Source: an uncultured Chloroflexia bacterium (GTDB lineage Bacteria; Chloroflexota; Limnocylindria; Limnocylindrales; CSP1-4). Taken from it: a stretch of DNA of 64,000 nucleotides. The position numbers and the translations under genes were made by a program. Of the stretch, positions 37,805-48,788 are shown one piece after another; position 1 is the stretch's first letter, and each line of letters opens with the position of its first letter. The stretch lies in assembly GCA_963734535.1 (NCBI GenBank), contig CAVTHS010000004.1, positions 1 to 64,000 of the forward strand, read 5' to 3'. The notes beneath the pieces are model-generated. The model was given only the letters and a program-made list of their open reading frames with translations. It searched no databases and was not told the DNA's origin.

Positions 37805-39383
37805 TCACGAGGCCGGGGGAAAGCCGAGCCAGGTCAGCACGTTGCGGTTGAAGCGATCGAAGCTCGCGGCGGTCACACCGAGATCGACCCGCGCGGGATC
37901 GAACCCATCCGCCCAGGCGAAGGTGCCCGCGCTGAAGACCCGAGCGCCGGCGGGCGAGGTCCGGATTGTCACGCTCGTCGCGAGGGGTGTTCCGTTCGAG
38001 GTCGCGGCCTGGCCGTCCATGATCGCGATCCCGCCCGAGCCTGGATAGACGAGATCGCCCTCGCCCTGCAGCAGGCCCCGAATCACCGTGCCGGGTTGCC
38101 AGCCCGTTCCCGCCATGAGCTCGGGCGGGACCTTGTCCGTGACCGTGAAGTCAAAGCGCGTGAAGCCATTGCCCAGGACTGCCACGTACTGCGCCCCGAA
38201 GACCATGCCCTCGGGTCGATTCAGCGGGGACTCTCGCCAGCGGGTCGTGGCGAGCGTGAGATCGACGGCGGCATACGGATCCCCGGCCGCGCTCCGGTAG
38301 CAGACGATGTCCATCGGTGCGCCCGCGGTCCGCGGCTGGGCCAGGCGGACCTGCCAGTAGAAGCCGTTCGATCCGAAGTCGAGAATGTTCATGTCGCCGG
38401 CCGTGTTGACATGCTGCTCCACCCAGTCCCGCAGCGAAGCAGTCACGTACTCGGCGTGGCGCGGGAGGACCAGGAGGCGCGGCGCCACTGCCGGGGGATG
38501 CAGCGCCAGGTCGTAGTCGGTCGTGTACTGGAGCGCCGAGCCCGCGCAGCTGGAGCCAGCGAAGGATGCGGCCATCGCCACGCCCCCAGAAGCCCATGCC
38601 ACCTTCGAGCGCGTACGGCCGCTCGAAGCTGACGCGGACCGCACGCGGCCCGGCGTAGGCGTACAGGTTCGCGCCTCCCCACAGGTTGTACGCCTGGTAG
38701 GTCAGGGCCGTGAAGACGAACGTGGGCGCCCCCGCGGCGAGCACCGGTGTCCGGACCACGAAGATCGCCTGGCCTCTCGTCCCCCTCGTGTCGTCCGCGG
38801 TAACGACGTAGACCCCGGGCTCCCAGCCGGCCGTCTCGATGGTGTCCGTCACCGGCCAGTTCGCTCGTGCCGTCCGATCCAGGGCGTCGAACGTGCCCAG
38901 CGATCGATAGTCGTGGCCGACCCGGACGGTGGAGCGGGCGACGACCTGGCGCCCGGAGCGTGCGGTCGCGTCCAGGCGCTCGATGGCGTACGTGTACTGG
39001 GCGGCCACGGTGGAGACGTGGAGCATGAGCTGCTGCCCCGGCGTGATCGAGACGGCGCCCGCGTACACCTCGACCCCGGCGGTAAGCGAGATCGGGACGC
39101 GTCCGTCGATGCCTTCGAGCGTGTCGATCCCGGCGGCGCCCGGCGAGGTGGACGATGCCGCACCCACGGACGCGCCGGGAGTGGGGGCGGGAGGAGCCGG
39201 GCTGGGCGCCAGGTGCCCGACGGGCGGGGTCCCCGGCGAGGCGATCCCCGGCGGGGTGCTCGCCGCCGACGTGGGACGAGGTACGGCACCGCCGGGTGAC
39301 CCCCCGTCGACCACGAGGGCGAGGACGAGCGCGGCAGCCGCGAGCGCGACCACGGCCCCCAGCCTTCGCCGCATCGTGCGCAT
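37805..39383 (-). CDS. Exported protein with an N,N-dimethylformamidase beta-subunit-like domain, frameshift near 38545
   Basis: GAGGAGG RBS and signal/TM; TYQAYNLWGG.NLY and VSFERPY in one frame; YTTD.DL, HAEY, SNGFYWQVR and VFSAGT..W in the next. Confidence 0.8.
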
Positions 39384-39608
39384 CGACCTCCTCGGTGATC
39401 GTCGTGGGGCGTCGCCGGCCGCGCCGGACGAAACCGGCGTCGGGACACGTGTTCCGGATCCGGCGATGGTCGTTGGGCAGGGCCGATCATACCCGGGCGC
39501 CCGGCGGCGGTCCTCCGGTACGCCCGGGACGCGGAGGCGCGTGGCCTGCTCGACGCAGCGGCCCGATCCGGCGGCCAGCTGCGGAGTGGCGCTCGTATAC
39601 TCCGCGGA

Positions 39609-41192
39609 ATGCCAGGTGCGCGCGACCGCCGTGCTCTCGTTGCCCTGCTGGCGGCAGTCTTCATTGCCTCGGTCGCGGTCGCCGCCGCCGCAATTCGCCC
39701 CTGGATCGCAGCGCCGCTGGCGTTCGACACGGCGGCCTCGGTCCTCCACTTCGATCGGATCGTGTCCGGGCACCACCTCGAACAGGCCCTCTCGACGACC
39801 CCGAAACCACTCCTCACGATCGTGTACGGGCTCGTCTACTCGGCGACCGGCGACTGGCGCGCGATCTCCGTCGTAGCGCTCGGCGCCTGGGGCCTGTGCG
39901 TCACGGGTGGCGCGCTGCTCGCGTGGCGGCTCGGCGGCGCGGTCGCCGCCGCGTTCGCCGGCGTGAGCCTCGTCGTCTCGCCGCGGCTGCTGCTCGAGAC
40001 CTCGTGGGCGCTCGGCAGCGTCTGGGCGCTGCTCCTCTGGATCGTCGCCGGCCTGGCGGTCACGGCCGTGCGGCCCCGATGGGGCATCGCCGGCGCGGCG
40101 CTCGGACTGGCCGCTCTCGCGCGACTCGAGACGTTCCTCGTGATCGGGCTCGCGCTCGCGGTCCTGGCGGCGATGCGGTTCGGTCCCCCCGGATGGAGGC
40201 GGCCAGTGCCCGCCGGGGCATGGCGAATCGCCGTCGGGCTCCTGGCCCTGCCGATCATGTGCCTCCACGACATCCTGCTGACGGGCGATCCCTTCTTCTG
40301 GACATCGGTGGCCGCGAGCTACTCCGCGACGGCGGAGAGCGCAGGGCGGCTCCCGAGCCTGGGCGCGGTTGCCCAGGATCTTGCGGACCTGGCAGTGGGG
40401 CAGGCCGCGGTCACCATCCTTGCCGTCGTCGGCGTGGCGGTGCTGGCGGCGCGCGCCCGCTGGGCGATCCTCGTCGGGGTGCTGGCGCTCGGGCCGGGAA
40501 TGGCCGCCTTCCTCCTCCTCCTCGCGGCGCGGCACACGTTCGTGGACCCGAGGTACCTGGTGCCGATCTCCGTGGCCATGATCTTCGCCGCGGCGGTCGG
40601 GCTGAGCGGCATCGTGGTCCCTGATCTCGTCCCGCTCCTCGGCCGCCGGCTGCGAGCCCTCGGCGAGCGGTCCGCGAGGGAGCGACCGACCGCCTACCTC
40701 GCCGCCGTGAGCGTGGTCGTCGCTGCGGTCGCGATCGCGTTCGCACCCGCGATCGGCCCGCTCGATCGGGCCACCCGGGTCACGATCGCGTCGGCCCGCC
40801 ACCTGGCTCGAACCGCGGACCGGTCCGTGCCCCGGATCCGGACGGCGCTGGCCGGCGGGGCGGTGGGTGGAGGGGGCCCCGGCGCGTCGGCGGGCGCTGG
40901 AGGCACGCCATCGGGCCTGATCGTGGTGCCCGTCCCGGTCCGCCCGCGAGTCGCCGTGGAGCTCGATCGATCCCTCGACCAGGTCGGGTCCTACCGGGAC
41001 GCGACGAGCTGGGCAGCGAACGCGCCGAGGCCGGGCCAGCTGATCCTCATCGACGTGGACCCGTCGGCACCGTCCGCGGCGACTGCCGCGTTTCGCCTGT
41101 CGGGGCCCGGGACGGTCGCTGGCGTCCGGCTCGTGCCACTCCTCTCCGACCCGGCTGACGGCGCCTGGCTCCTGCAGGTTGCCGCTCCGTGA
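39609..41192 (+). CDS. Multi-TM membrane protein, probable GT-C glycosyltransferase
   Basis: About 11 TM segments, early Asp-containing loop (AFDT..., TPKPL), RLE and PRYL motifs; located in the glycan locus. Confidence 0.7.
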   Translation: MPGARDRRALVALLAAVFIASVAVAAAAIRPWIAAPLAFDTAASVLHFDRIVSGHHLEQALSTTPKPLLTIVYGLVYSATGDWRAISVVALGAWGLCVTGGALLAWRLGGAVAAAFAGVSLVVSPRLLLETSWALGSVWALLLWIVAGLAVTAVRPRWGIAGAALGLAALARLETFLVIGLALAVLAAMRFGPPGWRRPVPAGAWRIAVGLLALPIMCLHDILLTGDPFFWTSVAASYSATAESAGRLPSLGAVAQDLADLAVGQAAVTILAVVGVAVLAARARWAILVGVLALGPGMAAFLLLLAARHTFVDPRYLVPISVAMIFAAAVGLSGIVVPDLVPLLGRRLRALGERSARERPTAYLAAVSVVVAAVAIAFAPAIGPLDRATRVTIASARHLARTADRSVPRIRTALAGGAVGGGGPGASAGAGGTPSGLIVVPVPVRPRVAVELDRSLDQVGSYRDATSWAANAPRPGQLILIDVDPSAPSAATAAFRLSGPGTVAGVRLVPLLSDPADGAWLLQVAAP

Positions 41193-42388
41193 CCGCAGAG
41201 GCCCACCCGGATTCGCTCGGCACGGGGCCACCGAGCGCGGAATCCGGCAGCGCTCGGCTCCCGTTCTCCCCGCCACCGTGGGCCGTGATCCTCGTTCGCA
41301 TCGCCCTGATCCTGGCGATCTTCGGTGAGCTCTACGTGACCGCGACGGTCCAGCTGCCCGGGCTGATGCACCCGACCGACCTCGGCACGGACACCTCCAA
41401 CTACTTCGCCGCGGGCCAGCGGCTGAACGCCGGCCATGACCTGTATGGGCCGCTTCTCCCCACGGATCGGCCGGTGCCCGGGTACCCGAAGCTCTACCCG
41501 GCGCCGATCCTGTCGCCGCCGCTGAGCGCCGTGATGTGGCGCCCGCTCGCCGCGTTCGGCGACGTGTCGATGACGATCTGGTGGGCGGTCGACCTCGCGC
41601 TCGTGGTCATCCTCGCGGTCTGGTTCGCCATGGTGGGCCGCCGGTGGACGCTGGCCGGCCTCGCAGGGATCCTGGCGCTCGGCCTGCCGATCGCATGGGT
41701 GCTCGCGGTTCGCTATCGCTACCCGGGGTACTACTCGCCGGTCTCGATCGCCGCGCTCTCCGGCAACCTGAACGGCTTCATCACCGGCCTGTGCGTCCTG
41801 GCCTGGTGGGCGACGGGCCGGGGCCGCCCCTGGCTGGCCGGGGCGGCGGCGGGGTTGGCGGCCATGCTGAAGCTCGGTCCGTTCGCGCTCGTCTGGTGGC
41901 TCGTGGTGCGCCGGGACTGGCCGGCCGTGAAGGCGTTCGCGGTGACCGTTCTCGCCCTCGGGATCGTGGGCCTCGTCGGGGCGGGCCTCGATGCCAACCT
42001 CGCGTTCGCCCGGCTGACGCTCAGCGCCGGGGTCAGCCCCTCGTCGCTCAGCGTGGCCTGGATCCTCCATACCCGGCTCGGCCTGGACCCGCAACTCGCG
42101 AACCTCGGGACGATGGTGACTACGATCGTGGGCCTCGCGCTCGTGTACGCGACGCGCCGGCAGGCCCGCGTCTCGTTCCTGCTGACGATCCTCGTCGTGA
42201 TCTACTGCTCGCCGGTCGTCCTGGTCGGCAACTTCGCGCTGCTGCTGGCCGCGGTGGCGCCGTGGGTCGTGCCGGATCGGATCGGCACGCCAGGCCGCAT
42301 CGGCGCGGTGGCCGGCCCCGAGCGCGCCCCAGCCGCCAGGGGCGCGGGTCAGCGTTCGCGGATGAGGCGCTCAACGAGCGCGCAGTAG
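41189..42388 (+). CDS. GT87-like membrane glycosyltransferase
   Basis: DTSNY.AAG.RL..G.DLY, PP, GN.NG, AMLKL.P. Confidence 0.82.
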   Translation: MTAEAHPDSLGTGPPSAESGSARLPFSPPPWAVILVRIALILAIFGELYVTATVQLPGLMHPTDLGTDTSNYFAAGQRLNAGHDLYGPLLPTDRPVPGYPKLYPAPILSPPLSAVMWRPLAAFGDVSMTIWWAVDLALVVILAVWFAMVGRRWTLAGLAGILALGLPIAWVLAVRYRYPGYYSPVSIAALSGNLNGFITGLCVLAWWATGRGRPWLAGAAAGLAAMLKLGPFALVWWLVVRRDWPAVKAFAVTVLALGIVGLVGAGLDANLAFARLTLSAGVSPSSLSVAWILHTRLGLDPQLANLGTMVTTIVGLALVYATRRQARVSFLLTILVVIYCSPVVLVGNFALLLAAVAPWVVPDRIGTPGRIGAVAGPERAPAARGAGQRSRMRRSTSAQ

Positions 42389-43668
42389 CGTCTCGCCTCG
42401 CCGTCCCAGCCGAGCTCGCGCGCCCGCGCGGCGCTGGCGGCGACACGCGCCGCGCGCTCCTCCGGGTCATCCACGAGCCCGAGCACCACGCGCGCCAGGT
42501 CCGCGGCGTCGCCGGGTCGGTACGTCGCGATCGTGTCGGGCCCGAAGTAGCGGGCCACGGTCGGGAGGGCGGACGCGACGGCCGGCTTCCGCATGGCGGC
42601 GTATTCGAAGAGCTTGGTCGAAAGGCTGAAGTCCGTGAACTGCGTGCGGCGCGTGGGAGCGAGGCCGATATCCGCCCCGGCGATCGCAGCCGGCACCGCC
42701 TCGAGGGCGACCCGGCCGTGGAACCGCACCCGATCCGCGACCCCGAGGCCGGCGGCCGTGGCGCGGAGGCTCGACTCGGCGTCGCCGCGGCCGTAGACCT
42801 CGAGGATCACGGGCAGCTCCGGCCGTGACGCGGCCAGCGCGGCAACGGCCTCGACCGCGACGTCGATCTCGTACGTGGGGGTGAGCGCGCCCGCGTAGAC
42901 GAGGCGCAGCACGCCATCCGCCATGAACGCCCGTTCCTCGTGCGCGGCCGGATCGAAGAGTGCGACGTCGGGCGTGTTCAGGATCACCGTCACCTTGGCG
43001 GCCGGCGTTCCGAGCGTGACCAGCCGGTCGCCGAGCGCGTCGTTGACGGTCACGATCGCGTCGGCGGCGGCGATCGAGGCGCGCTCCTGGAGGCGCAGCA
43101 GGCCCTGGGCGAGGCGCGATGCGCGCCGCGGGAACCTGGCCCGGAAGAACTCGGGCATCGCCTCGTGGAGGTCGAGGAGGACCGGCACACCGACGAGCTT
43201 GAGCGGCATGGCCGCGAACACGAGGAAGTCCGGGAGCGAGTCGACGTGGACGAGCGCGAACCGGCGCTCCGGGTGGGCCCGGGCCAGGGCGAACGTCGCG
43301 CGCACGAGGAAGTCGAGGTACTCGCGTACGTAGACCCCGATGCCGGCTCCCTGGTGCCGGCGAACATCAAGGCGGTGGATCGAGACGCCGTCGAGGACGC
43401 CCGCCGGCGGGTCGCCGGGGCGCCGAAGCGCGAACACGTCGACCGGGCGCCCGGCGCGGACGAGCGCCTCGGCCTCGCGGCGGACCCGCGAGTCCTCCTC
43501 GTAGTAGGCGTGCGCCAGGACCGCGACGCCGCGCGCCCGACGGGCCGCGGCAGGCGCGGACCCGCGAGCCTCGATGGCCACAGACGAGTCGGGGACGTTG
43601 CACCTCCGGGACGCGGTGCGGGTCAGGCCCGCGACGGGCGAGAACGGGCGCACATGCCGTCGGTTCAT
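42349..43668 (-). CDS. Glycosyltransferase family 4
   Basis: DSRVRREA.AL, DLHE.MPE, TKLFEYAAM.KP.V; start may be downstream (GTG 43581). Confidence 0.92.
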   Translation of the reverse strand: MNRRHVRPFSPVAGLTRTASRRCNVPDSSVAIEARGSAPAAARRARGVAVLAHAYYEEDSRVRREAEALVRAGRPVDVFALRRPGDPPAGVLDGVSIHRLDVRRHQGAGIGVYVREYLDFLVRATFALARAHPERRFALVHVDSLPDFLVFAAMPLKLVGVPVLLDLHEAMPEFFRARFPRRASRLAQGLLRLQERASIAAADAIVTVNDALGDRLVTLGTPAAKVTVILNTPDVALFDPAAHEERAFMADGVLRLVYAGALTPTYEIDVAVEAVAALAASRPELPVILEVYGRGDAESSLRATAAGLGVADRVRFHGRVALEAVPAAIAGADIGLAPTRRTQFTDFSLSTKLFEYAAMRKPAVASALPTVARYFGPDTIATYRPGDAADLARVVLGLVDDPEERAARVAASAARARELGWDGEARRYCALVERLIRER

Positions 43669-43753
43669 CGTAGCAACCCGCAGCGGACGCGGCGACCGCG
43701 GGCGACCGTGAGACGACGTTCACGAAGGCTGGGGTGATACCCTTTCCCGGCTC

Positions 43754-44632
43754 ATGACCACCTCGGAGACGCACGCCTCGTTCAGCTCGTCCGCGGCCCG
43801 GCCCGGCCCGATCGCGCTCCTCCGCCAGGCGGTCGACGACATCCGATCCCGGCGACAGCTCATCGGCTACCTGGTCCGGGCGGATGCGAAGAAGAAGGGC
43901 ACCGACACCCTGCTGGGCAATATCTGGTGGGTGCTCGATCCGCTCCTCCAGATGCTCGTCTACGTCATCCTCGTGTCGGTCATCCTGCAGAACTCGCAGC
44001 CCGACTACCCGCTCTTCATCTTCGCCGCGATCCTGCCCTGGAAGTGGTTCATGAGCTCGGTGAGCGACGCGATCGGCTCGATCACGACCCAGGACCGGCT
44101 CATCAAGCAGCTCAAGTTCCCCAAGATCGTGCTTCCCACGGCGACCACCGTGGCGGCGATCCTGCACTTCGTCTTCGGGCTGATCCCGCTCGGCTTCCTG
44201 CTCGTGCTGCTGTACCGCGATCGCATCTCGGGGAACCTCGTCTTCCTGCCGGCGATCGCCGCAGTCCAGTTCCTCTTCACCCTTGCGTTCGCGTACGTCG
44301 TCGCCGCGGTCAACGTCTTCTACCGCGACGTCGAGAACGTCAGCCGGCACGCCCTGCGCATGTGGTTCTACCTCTCGCCGGCCCTCTACGGGGCGTCGGC
44401 GATCGACCGCATCGCGAGCTCGCATCCGACCCTGATCGAGCTCTTCAAGCTGAACCCCTTCTACGTCCTCTTCACCTCGTACCGCAACGTGATCTACGGG
44501 TCGACCACGGGCGCTCCGACCGGGCCCGACTGGACCGGCCTGCTGGTTCTCTCGGGCGTCTCGGTGATCTTCCTCGCCCTCGCCACGATCCTCTTCAAGC
44601 GGGTCGAGCCGGCCTTCGCGAAGGTGCTCTAG
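43754..44632 (+). CDS. wzm: ABC-2 polysaccharide export permease (Wzm/TagG-like)
   Basis: LG.IWWVLDPLL, FYRDV, WFYLSP.LY, LNP...YRN. Confidence 0.93.
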   Translation: MTTSETHASFSSSAARPGPIALLRQAVDDIRSRRQLIGYLVRADAKKKGTDTLLGNIWWVLDPLLQMLVYVILVSVILQNSQPDYPLFIFAAILPWKWFMSSVSDAIGSITTQDRLIKQLKFPKIVLPTATTVAAILHFVFGLIPLGFLLVLLYRDRISGNLVFLPAIAAVQFLFTLAFAYVVAAVNVFYRDVENVSRHALRMWFYLSPALYGASAIDRIASSHPTLIELFKLNPFYVLFTSYRNVIYGSTTGAPTGPDWTGLLVLSGVSVIFLALATILFKRVEPAFAKVL

Positions 44633-45453
44633 TGGCCAACGTGCTGCGCGGCGGCGCAGCGTCGTACGCGATCGACGTCCGCGGCGTCGGGGTCAAGTAC
44701 GACCTGCGCCTGACCCGGAAGAACACGCTGCGGACCTCGTTCACGCGCCTCGCCCACCGCCGGCGCGGCGTGGACCGGACGTTCTGGGCGCTCCGGGACG
44801 TCTCGTTCCGCCTCGTCCACGGCGAGTCGCTGGGCGTCATCGGCCCCAACGGCGCGGGGAAGAGCACGCTCCTCCAGGTCCTCGCCGGGATCATCACGCC
44901 CTCGGAGGGTGCGATCGACGTCGTGGGGAACGTGTCGAGCCTCCTCACCCTGGGCGCCGGCTTCGACCAGGAGCTGACGGGCCGCGACAACATCTTCCTC
45001 GCCGGCGCGTTCCTCGGGATCCAGGGCGAGGAGATGGCGCACCGGAGCGCAGGGATCGTTGACTTCGCAGACCTCGGCCAGTTCATCGACGCCCCGATCA
45101 AGACGTACTCGTCGGGAATGCGGGCGCGCCTCGGGTTCGCGATCGCAACCGCCGTCGATCCCGACGTCCTGCTCCTCGACGAGGTGCTCTCGACCGGCGA
45201 CCAGGTCTTCCGGGCCAAGAGCAAGGCGCGCGTCCTCGAGATCGCCGCGGCGGCCAAGGCCGTCGTGCTCGTGACCCACGACATGAACTGGGTCACCGAG
45301 TTCTGCAACCGCGCGATCCTCATCGAGCAGGGTCATGTCGTCGCCGAAGGAGACCCCGCCGAGGTCGTCGCGATCCACCAGGAGCGCTCCGAGCGCTCAC
45401 GGGCCGAGAAGGCGGCGGAAGTCGCCCGGATCCTCGCCGGGGCCACGGCCTGA
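44632..45453 (+). CDS. wzt: ABC polysaccharide export ATPase (Wzt/TagH-like), no C-terminal carbohydrate-binding domain
   Basis: FWALRDVSF, GPNGAGKST, YSSGM.ARLGFA, LLLDE. Confidence 0.95.
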   Translation: MANVLRGGAASYAIDVRGVGVKYDLRLTRKNTLRTSFTRLAHRRRGVDRTFWALRDVSFRLVHGESLGVIGPNGAGKSTLLQVLAGIITPSEGAIDVVGNVSSLLTLGAGFDQELTGRDNIFLAGAFLGIQGEEMAHRSAGIVDFADLGQFIDAPIKTYSSGMRARLGFAIATAVDPDVLLLDEVLSTGDQVFRAKSKARVLEIAAAAKAVVLVTHDMNWVTEFCNRAILIEQGHVVAEGDPAEVVAIHQERSERSRAEKAAEVARILAGATA

Positions 45454-45458
45454 GGGGA

Positions 45459-47369
45459 GTGGACCCCGCCTCGGCGCCCGGGTTGGTGCTGGCCGGAGCG
45501 ACCGGCGGAGCGTGGCCGCGCCGGATCCTGGTGGTCGCACGCTGGTATCCGTGCCACGACGACGCGGGCAGCGGGAGCTTCGTGAGCGACCAGGTCGCGG
45601 CGCTCCGCGCGGCCGGGATCGACGTCGTCGTGGCCTCCTGGGAGAACGCCGACCTCCGATCCCGCGATGAGGACGTGGAGGCAATCCGCCGGCCGGCGGT
45701 CGCGGCCTGGGCGCGTGCCGTCGCACAGGCCGACGCGGTATCTGCGCCGCGTGCGTGGGGCGCCGGAGTTCCCGTCGCCCGGCTCCCGGCCCTGCATACC
45801 GGCGGGCGGCTTCCAGCTCGCGTGGCGATCGAGACGCACGCCGCGCTTCTCGTGCCGTTCGCGACCGCGCTCGCGGAACGATGGCCGTTCGACCTCGTCC
45901 ACGCCCACGTGGGCATCCCCGACGGCGCTGCGGCCGCCCGGGTCGCCGCCGCGCTCGGTCTGCCGCTCCTGGTCACGGAGCATTCGTCGAGCGCCGCGGC
46001 GCTCCTCGAGGAGGAGGACGCCAGGAGTGCGTACCTGGATCTCCGCGGCGATGGCCGGCGGGTTGTCGCCGTGAGCCGGGCGCTCGCTGCAAGGCTGGAG
46101 GCATCACTGGGGCTCGAGCGCGGCACGATCCCCGTCGTCCCGAACATCATCCACTTCGAGAGCTTCCCGCTCGGGGCGCCGGCGGATCGCGACCCCGACG
46201 AGCTCCTCTGGGTGGGGGCTCGCCGCGAGCACAAGGGAACCGACGTGCTTATCCGGGCGGTCGCCATCGCCCGCGCACAGCAGCCGGGCCTGCACCTCCG
46301 CCTCGTGGGACGTGCGCCTGACCAGGCCGGGGACAGGCCGTGGCGCGAGCTCGCCGAGCAGGTCGGCCTGGGCGACGCGGTCGTCTTCGAGCCGCCAACC
46401 GACCGGGCCGGCGTCGCGGCGGCGATGCGCCGCGCGGGGATCTTCGTCCATCCCAGCCCCTACGAGACCTTCGGGATGGTCGCGGCGGAAGCGCTCGCAA
46501 GCGGCCTCCCCGTGGCGGCGCGACGGTCCGGGGGCGTGGAGGAGATCCTCGCGGGCGAGGCAGCCGGGGCCGAGCTCGCCGCTGGCGACGATGCGGCCGC
46601 GCTCGCCGCCGCCATCCTGCGGCTGCGGTCCCGTCTCGCGGAGGTCGACCCGGCAGCCATCCGGGAGGCCGTCACGGGTCGATTCCCGACGGCCGGGACG
46701 GTCGCGGCGCTCCTCGGCCACGCACGTGACGCGGCAGCCGAGCTGCCGGCGACCCGTGGCCGCAGCGTCGCCGGCACGACAACGCGGCCGGCGGCCGCCC
46801 GTCCCGCGAAGGCGGGCGAGGAGGCCCGAGCCGCCGGCGCGCTCCTGCCGTCGGTTCTCGTCGTCGGCCTCCGGAGGCCGATCGCGGCGCGCCGGGTCGC
46901 GGCGCTCCCGCCGGCCCTGGCGTCCCGTCTCACGGTGGTCACAACGGTCGAGGCCGGGGAGCGTGATGGTGCGCTGCCGCCGGGCGCACGCTGGATCGAG
47001 ATCGACCTGGACGACACCTATGCCCGCCGGCTTGCCGGGCTCGGCGGCCCGCTCGACGTGCGCCGCACGACGCTGCAGCGCCTGGTGGCCGCGTGCCTCC
47101 ACCCGCGCCGGAGCGTGCTGCGCCGACAGCTGCTCGACGAGCGACCGGCGTTGCGAGCCGCCGCCGAGCGCGACGGGGTCCTGAGCGCGTGGCGAGCGCT
47201 CACGGGTGGGGCGGGGGCGGGCGAGGCCGGGGCCGGCGGCGTCATCGTCGTGGCGCTCGGCGCCGAGGACGTCGTCGCATCGGCGGACGCCCTCGGCGTG
47301 GGAGGCGTGCTGGCCCCGGGCGGGCTGCGCTGGCTCGCAGATGCATGGGACGCCGCCGGCCGGCCGTAA
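45459..47369 (+). CDS. Glycosyltransferase family 4 with an extra C-terminal region
   Basis: WYP...GSFV.DQ, HAH, VTEH, KG.D.L, ETFGMVAAEALASGLPV. Confidence 0.88.
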   Translation: MDPASAPGLVLAGATGGAWPRRILVVARWYPCHDDAGSGSFVSDQVAALRAAGIDVVVASWENADLRSRDEDVEAIRRPAVAAWARAVAQADAVSAPRAWGAGVPVARLPALHTGGRLPARVAIETHAALLVPFATALAERWPFDLVHAHVGIPDGAAAARVAAALGLPLLVTEHSSSAAALLEEEDARSAYLDLRGDGRRVVAVSRALAARLEASLGLERGTIPVVPNIIHFESFPLGAPADRDPDELLWVGARREHKGTDVLIRAVAIARAQQPGLHLRLVGRAPDQAGDRPWRELAEQVGLGDAVVFEPPTDRAGVAAAMRRAGIFVHPSPYETFGMVAAEALASGLPVAARRSGGVEEILAGEAAGAELAAGDDAAALAAAILRLRSRLAEVDPAAIREAVTGRFPTAGTVAALLGHARDAAAELPATRGRSVAGTTTRPAAARPAKAGEEARAAGALLPSVLVVGLRRPIAARRVAALPPALASRLTVVTTVEAGERDGALPPGARWIEIDLDDTYARRLAGLGGPLDVRRTTLQRLVAACLHPRRSVLRRQLLDERPALRAAAERDGVLSAWRALTGGAGAGEAGAGGVIVVALGAEDVVASADALGVGGVLAPGGLRWLADAWDAAGRP

Positions 47370-47431
47370 CGCCGGACTCTTCCGGTCACGCGGCCGGTGG
47401 CCGTACCGTCACGACGCGCGCGGCGGTCGCC

Positions 47432-48751
47432 CTACCACGGCCTGCCGGTGAGCCGCCCGTAGACCTCCAGGAGCGTGGCGGCCTGCCGCTCCCACGTCCA
47501 GCGAGCGTGGGCGGCCGCGAGGACGCGACGGCGGAGGTCCGCCGTCTCCTCCGTGGACCGGTCGAGGACGACCCGGAGCGCGGCTGCGATCGCGACGGGG
47601 TCGGTGGGGTCGCACACCGCGCCGAGCGGGCCGTCCGGGTCGTCGATCACGATCCGCCGTCGAGCGGGGAAGTCGGACGACACGACGGGAACGCCGGCCG
47701 CCAGGCACTCGAACAGCTTGTTGGGCGTGGAGATGCGCTCGTTCCTCGAGATCGGCTGGTTGACCATCACCCCCACGTCGGCTGCCGCGATCCAGGGCAC
47801 GAGCTCGGCCGGAGGCACGGGCGGCAGCACGTGGACGCGGCCGTCCGCACGGGGCTCACCCGCGAGCCGCGCGAGGGTCGGTCGCAGCGGGCCGTCGCCC
47901 ATCAAGACCAGCGCGACCCCGCGGACCGACAGAACGGCCGTCGCGAGGACGTCGATGCCGCGACTCGGCAGGAATCCGCCGTGGTAGAGGACCACCCGGG
48001 TCTCCGGCGCAAGCCCCAGGAGCGCGTGGAACCGGCGGTCCGGCCGCGAGGGCGGCGTCCACGCGGGCAGGCAGTTCATGACCACCGCCGGCAGCGGCCG
48101 GTCAAATCGCCCGGCGAGAATCGTCGCCAGCTCGTCGTTCACCGTGATGATCCCGTCGGATCCGCGGGCCCAGCGTCGCTCGAGAAGGCCGGCGAGCGAA
48201 CGAACGGGCGCCGGCATCCGGGCCAGGTTGCCCGACTCGGGGTAGAGATCCCGGGCGTCGTACAGGGCCCTGGCGCGAGCGCGGCGTGCGAGCGAGAGCG
48301 CGATCGGGATCCCCTGGTACGCCATTCCGTGGTAGAGGTCGGCGCCGGGGTCGACGGCCGCGGCCTCTCGGACCTGGCGCCGCAGGGCGAGGCCGATCCC
48401 GGCGAGGCGCTCGACCTCGCCGCGGACCCGTCCCAGGGACGCCTCCGCGTGCGAGGTGCGGGCGGCCGGGGGCGCCCCGACGCGCACGACGCGATACCCG
48501 CCCGGCGAGTCCAGGGACGCCGCAGCGCCGTCCGGGGCCGCAGCGCCGTCCGGGGCCGCAGCGCCGGGGCCGCGACGGGCGAGGATGGTAACCCGGTGGC
48601 CCCGGCCCGCGAGCGTGGCGGCGATCCGGAGGCTCCGCGAATCGTGGTGCTCGGGCGTCGAGAGGACGAGGACCGCACGCTGCGGGACGATCGACGACGG
48701 GTGATCCACGGCTTCCGGACCGGTCATGCCGCTGGACATGCCGGCGGCCAT
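47432..48751 (-). CDS. Glycosyltransferase family 4
   Basis: DSR..R.A, YDARD.Y, RG, STPNKLFECLAAGVPVV. Confidence 0.9.
   Translation of the reverse strand: MAAGMSSGMTGPEAVDHPSSIVPQRAVLVLSTPEHHDSRSLRIAATLAGRGHRVTILARRGPGAAAPDGAAAPDGAAASLDSPGGYRVVRVGAPPAARTSHAEASLGRVRGEVERLAGIGLALRRQVREAAAVDPGADLYHGMAYQGIPIALSLARRARARALYDARDLYPESGNLARMPAPVRSLAGLLERRWARGSDGIITVNDELATILAGRFDRPLPAVVMNCLPAWTPPSRPDRRFHALLGLAPETRVVLYHGGFLPSRGIDVLATAVLSVRGVALVLMGDGPLRPTLARLAGEPRADGRVHVLPPVPPAELVPWIAAADVGVMVNQPISRNERISTPNKLFECLAAGVPVVSSDFPARRRIVIDDPDGPLGAVCDPTDPVAIAAALRVVLDRSTEETADLRRRVLAAAHARWTWERQAATLLEVYGRLTGRPW
48519..48566. repeat. 18-bp tandem repeat, about 2.7 copies, in frame (AAAPDG)
   Basis: gccgcagcgccgtccggg twice plus a partial copy inside the GT4 gene. 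Confidence 0.85.
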
Positions 48752-48788
48752 TCCGCCGGCACCTCCCCGGGCGCGTTCGCGGGACCGA

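Noticed and set aside
31206-43602. TGCAAT at 31206 and minus-strand TGCAAC at 43597-43602 as extra motif sites
   Set aside because: Neither has a hexamer at the conserved distance.
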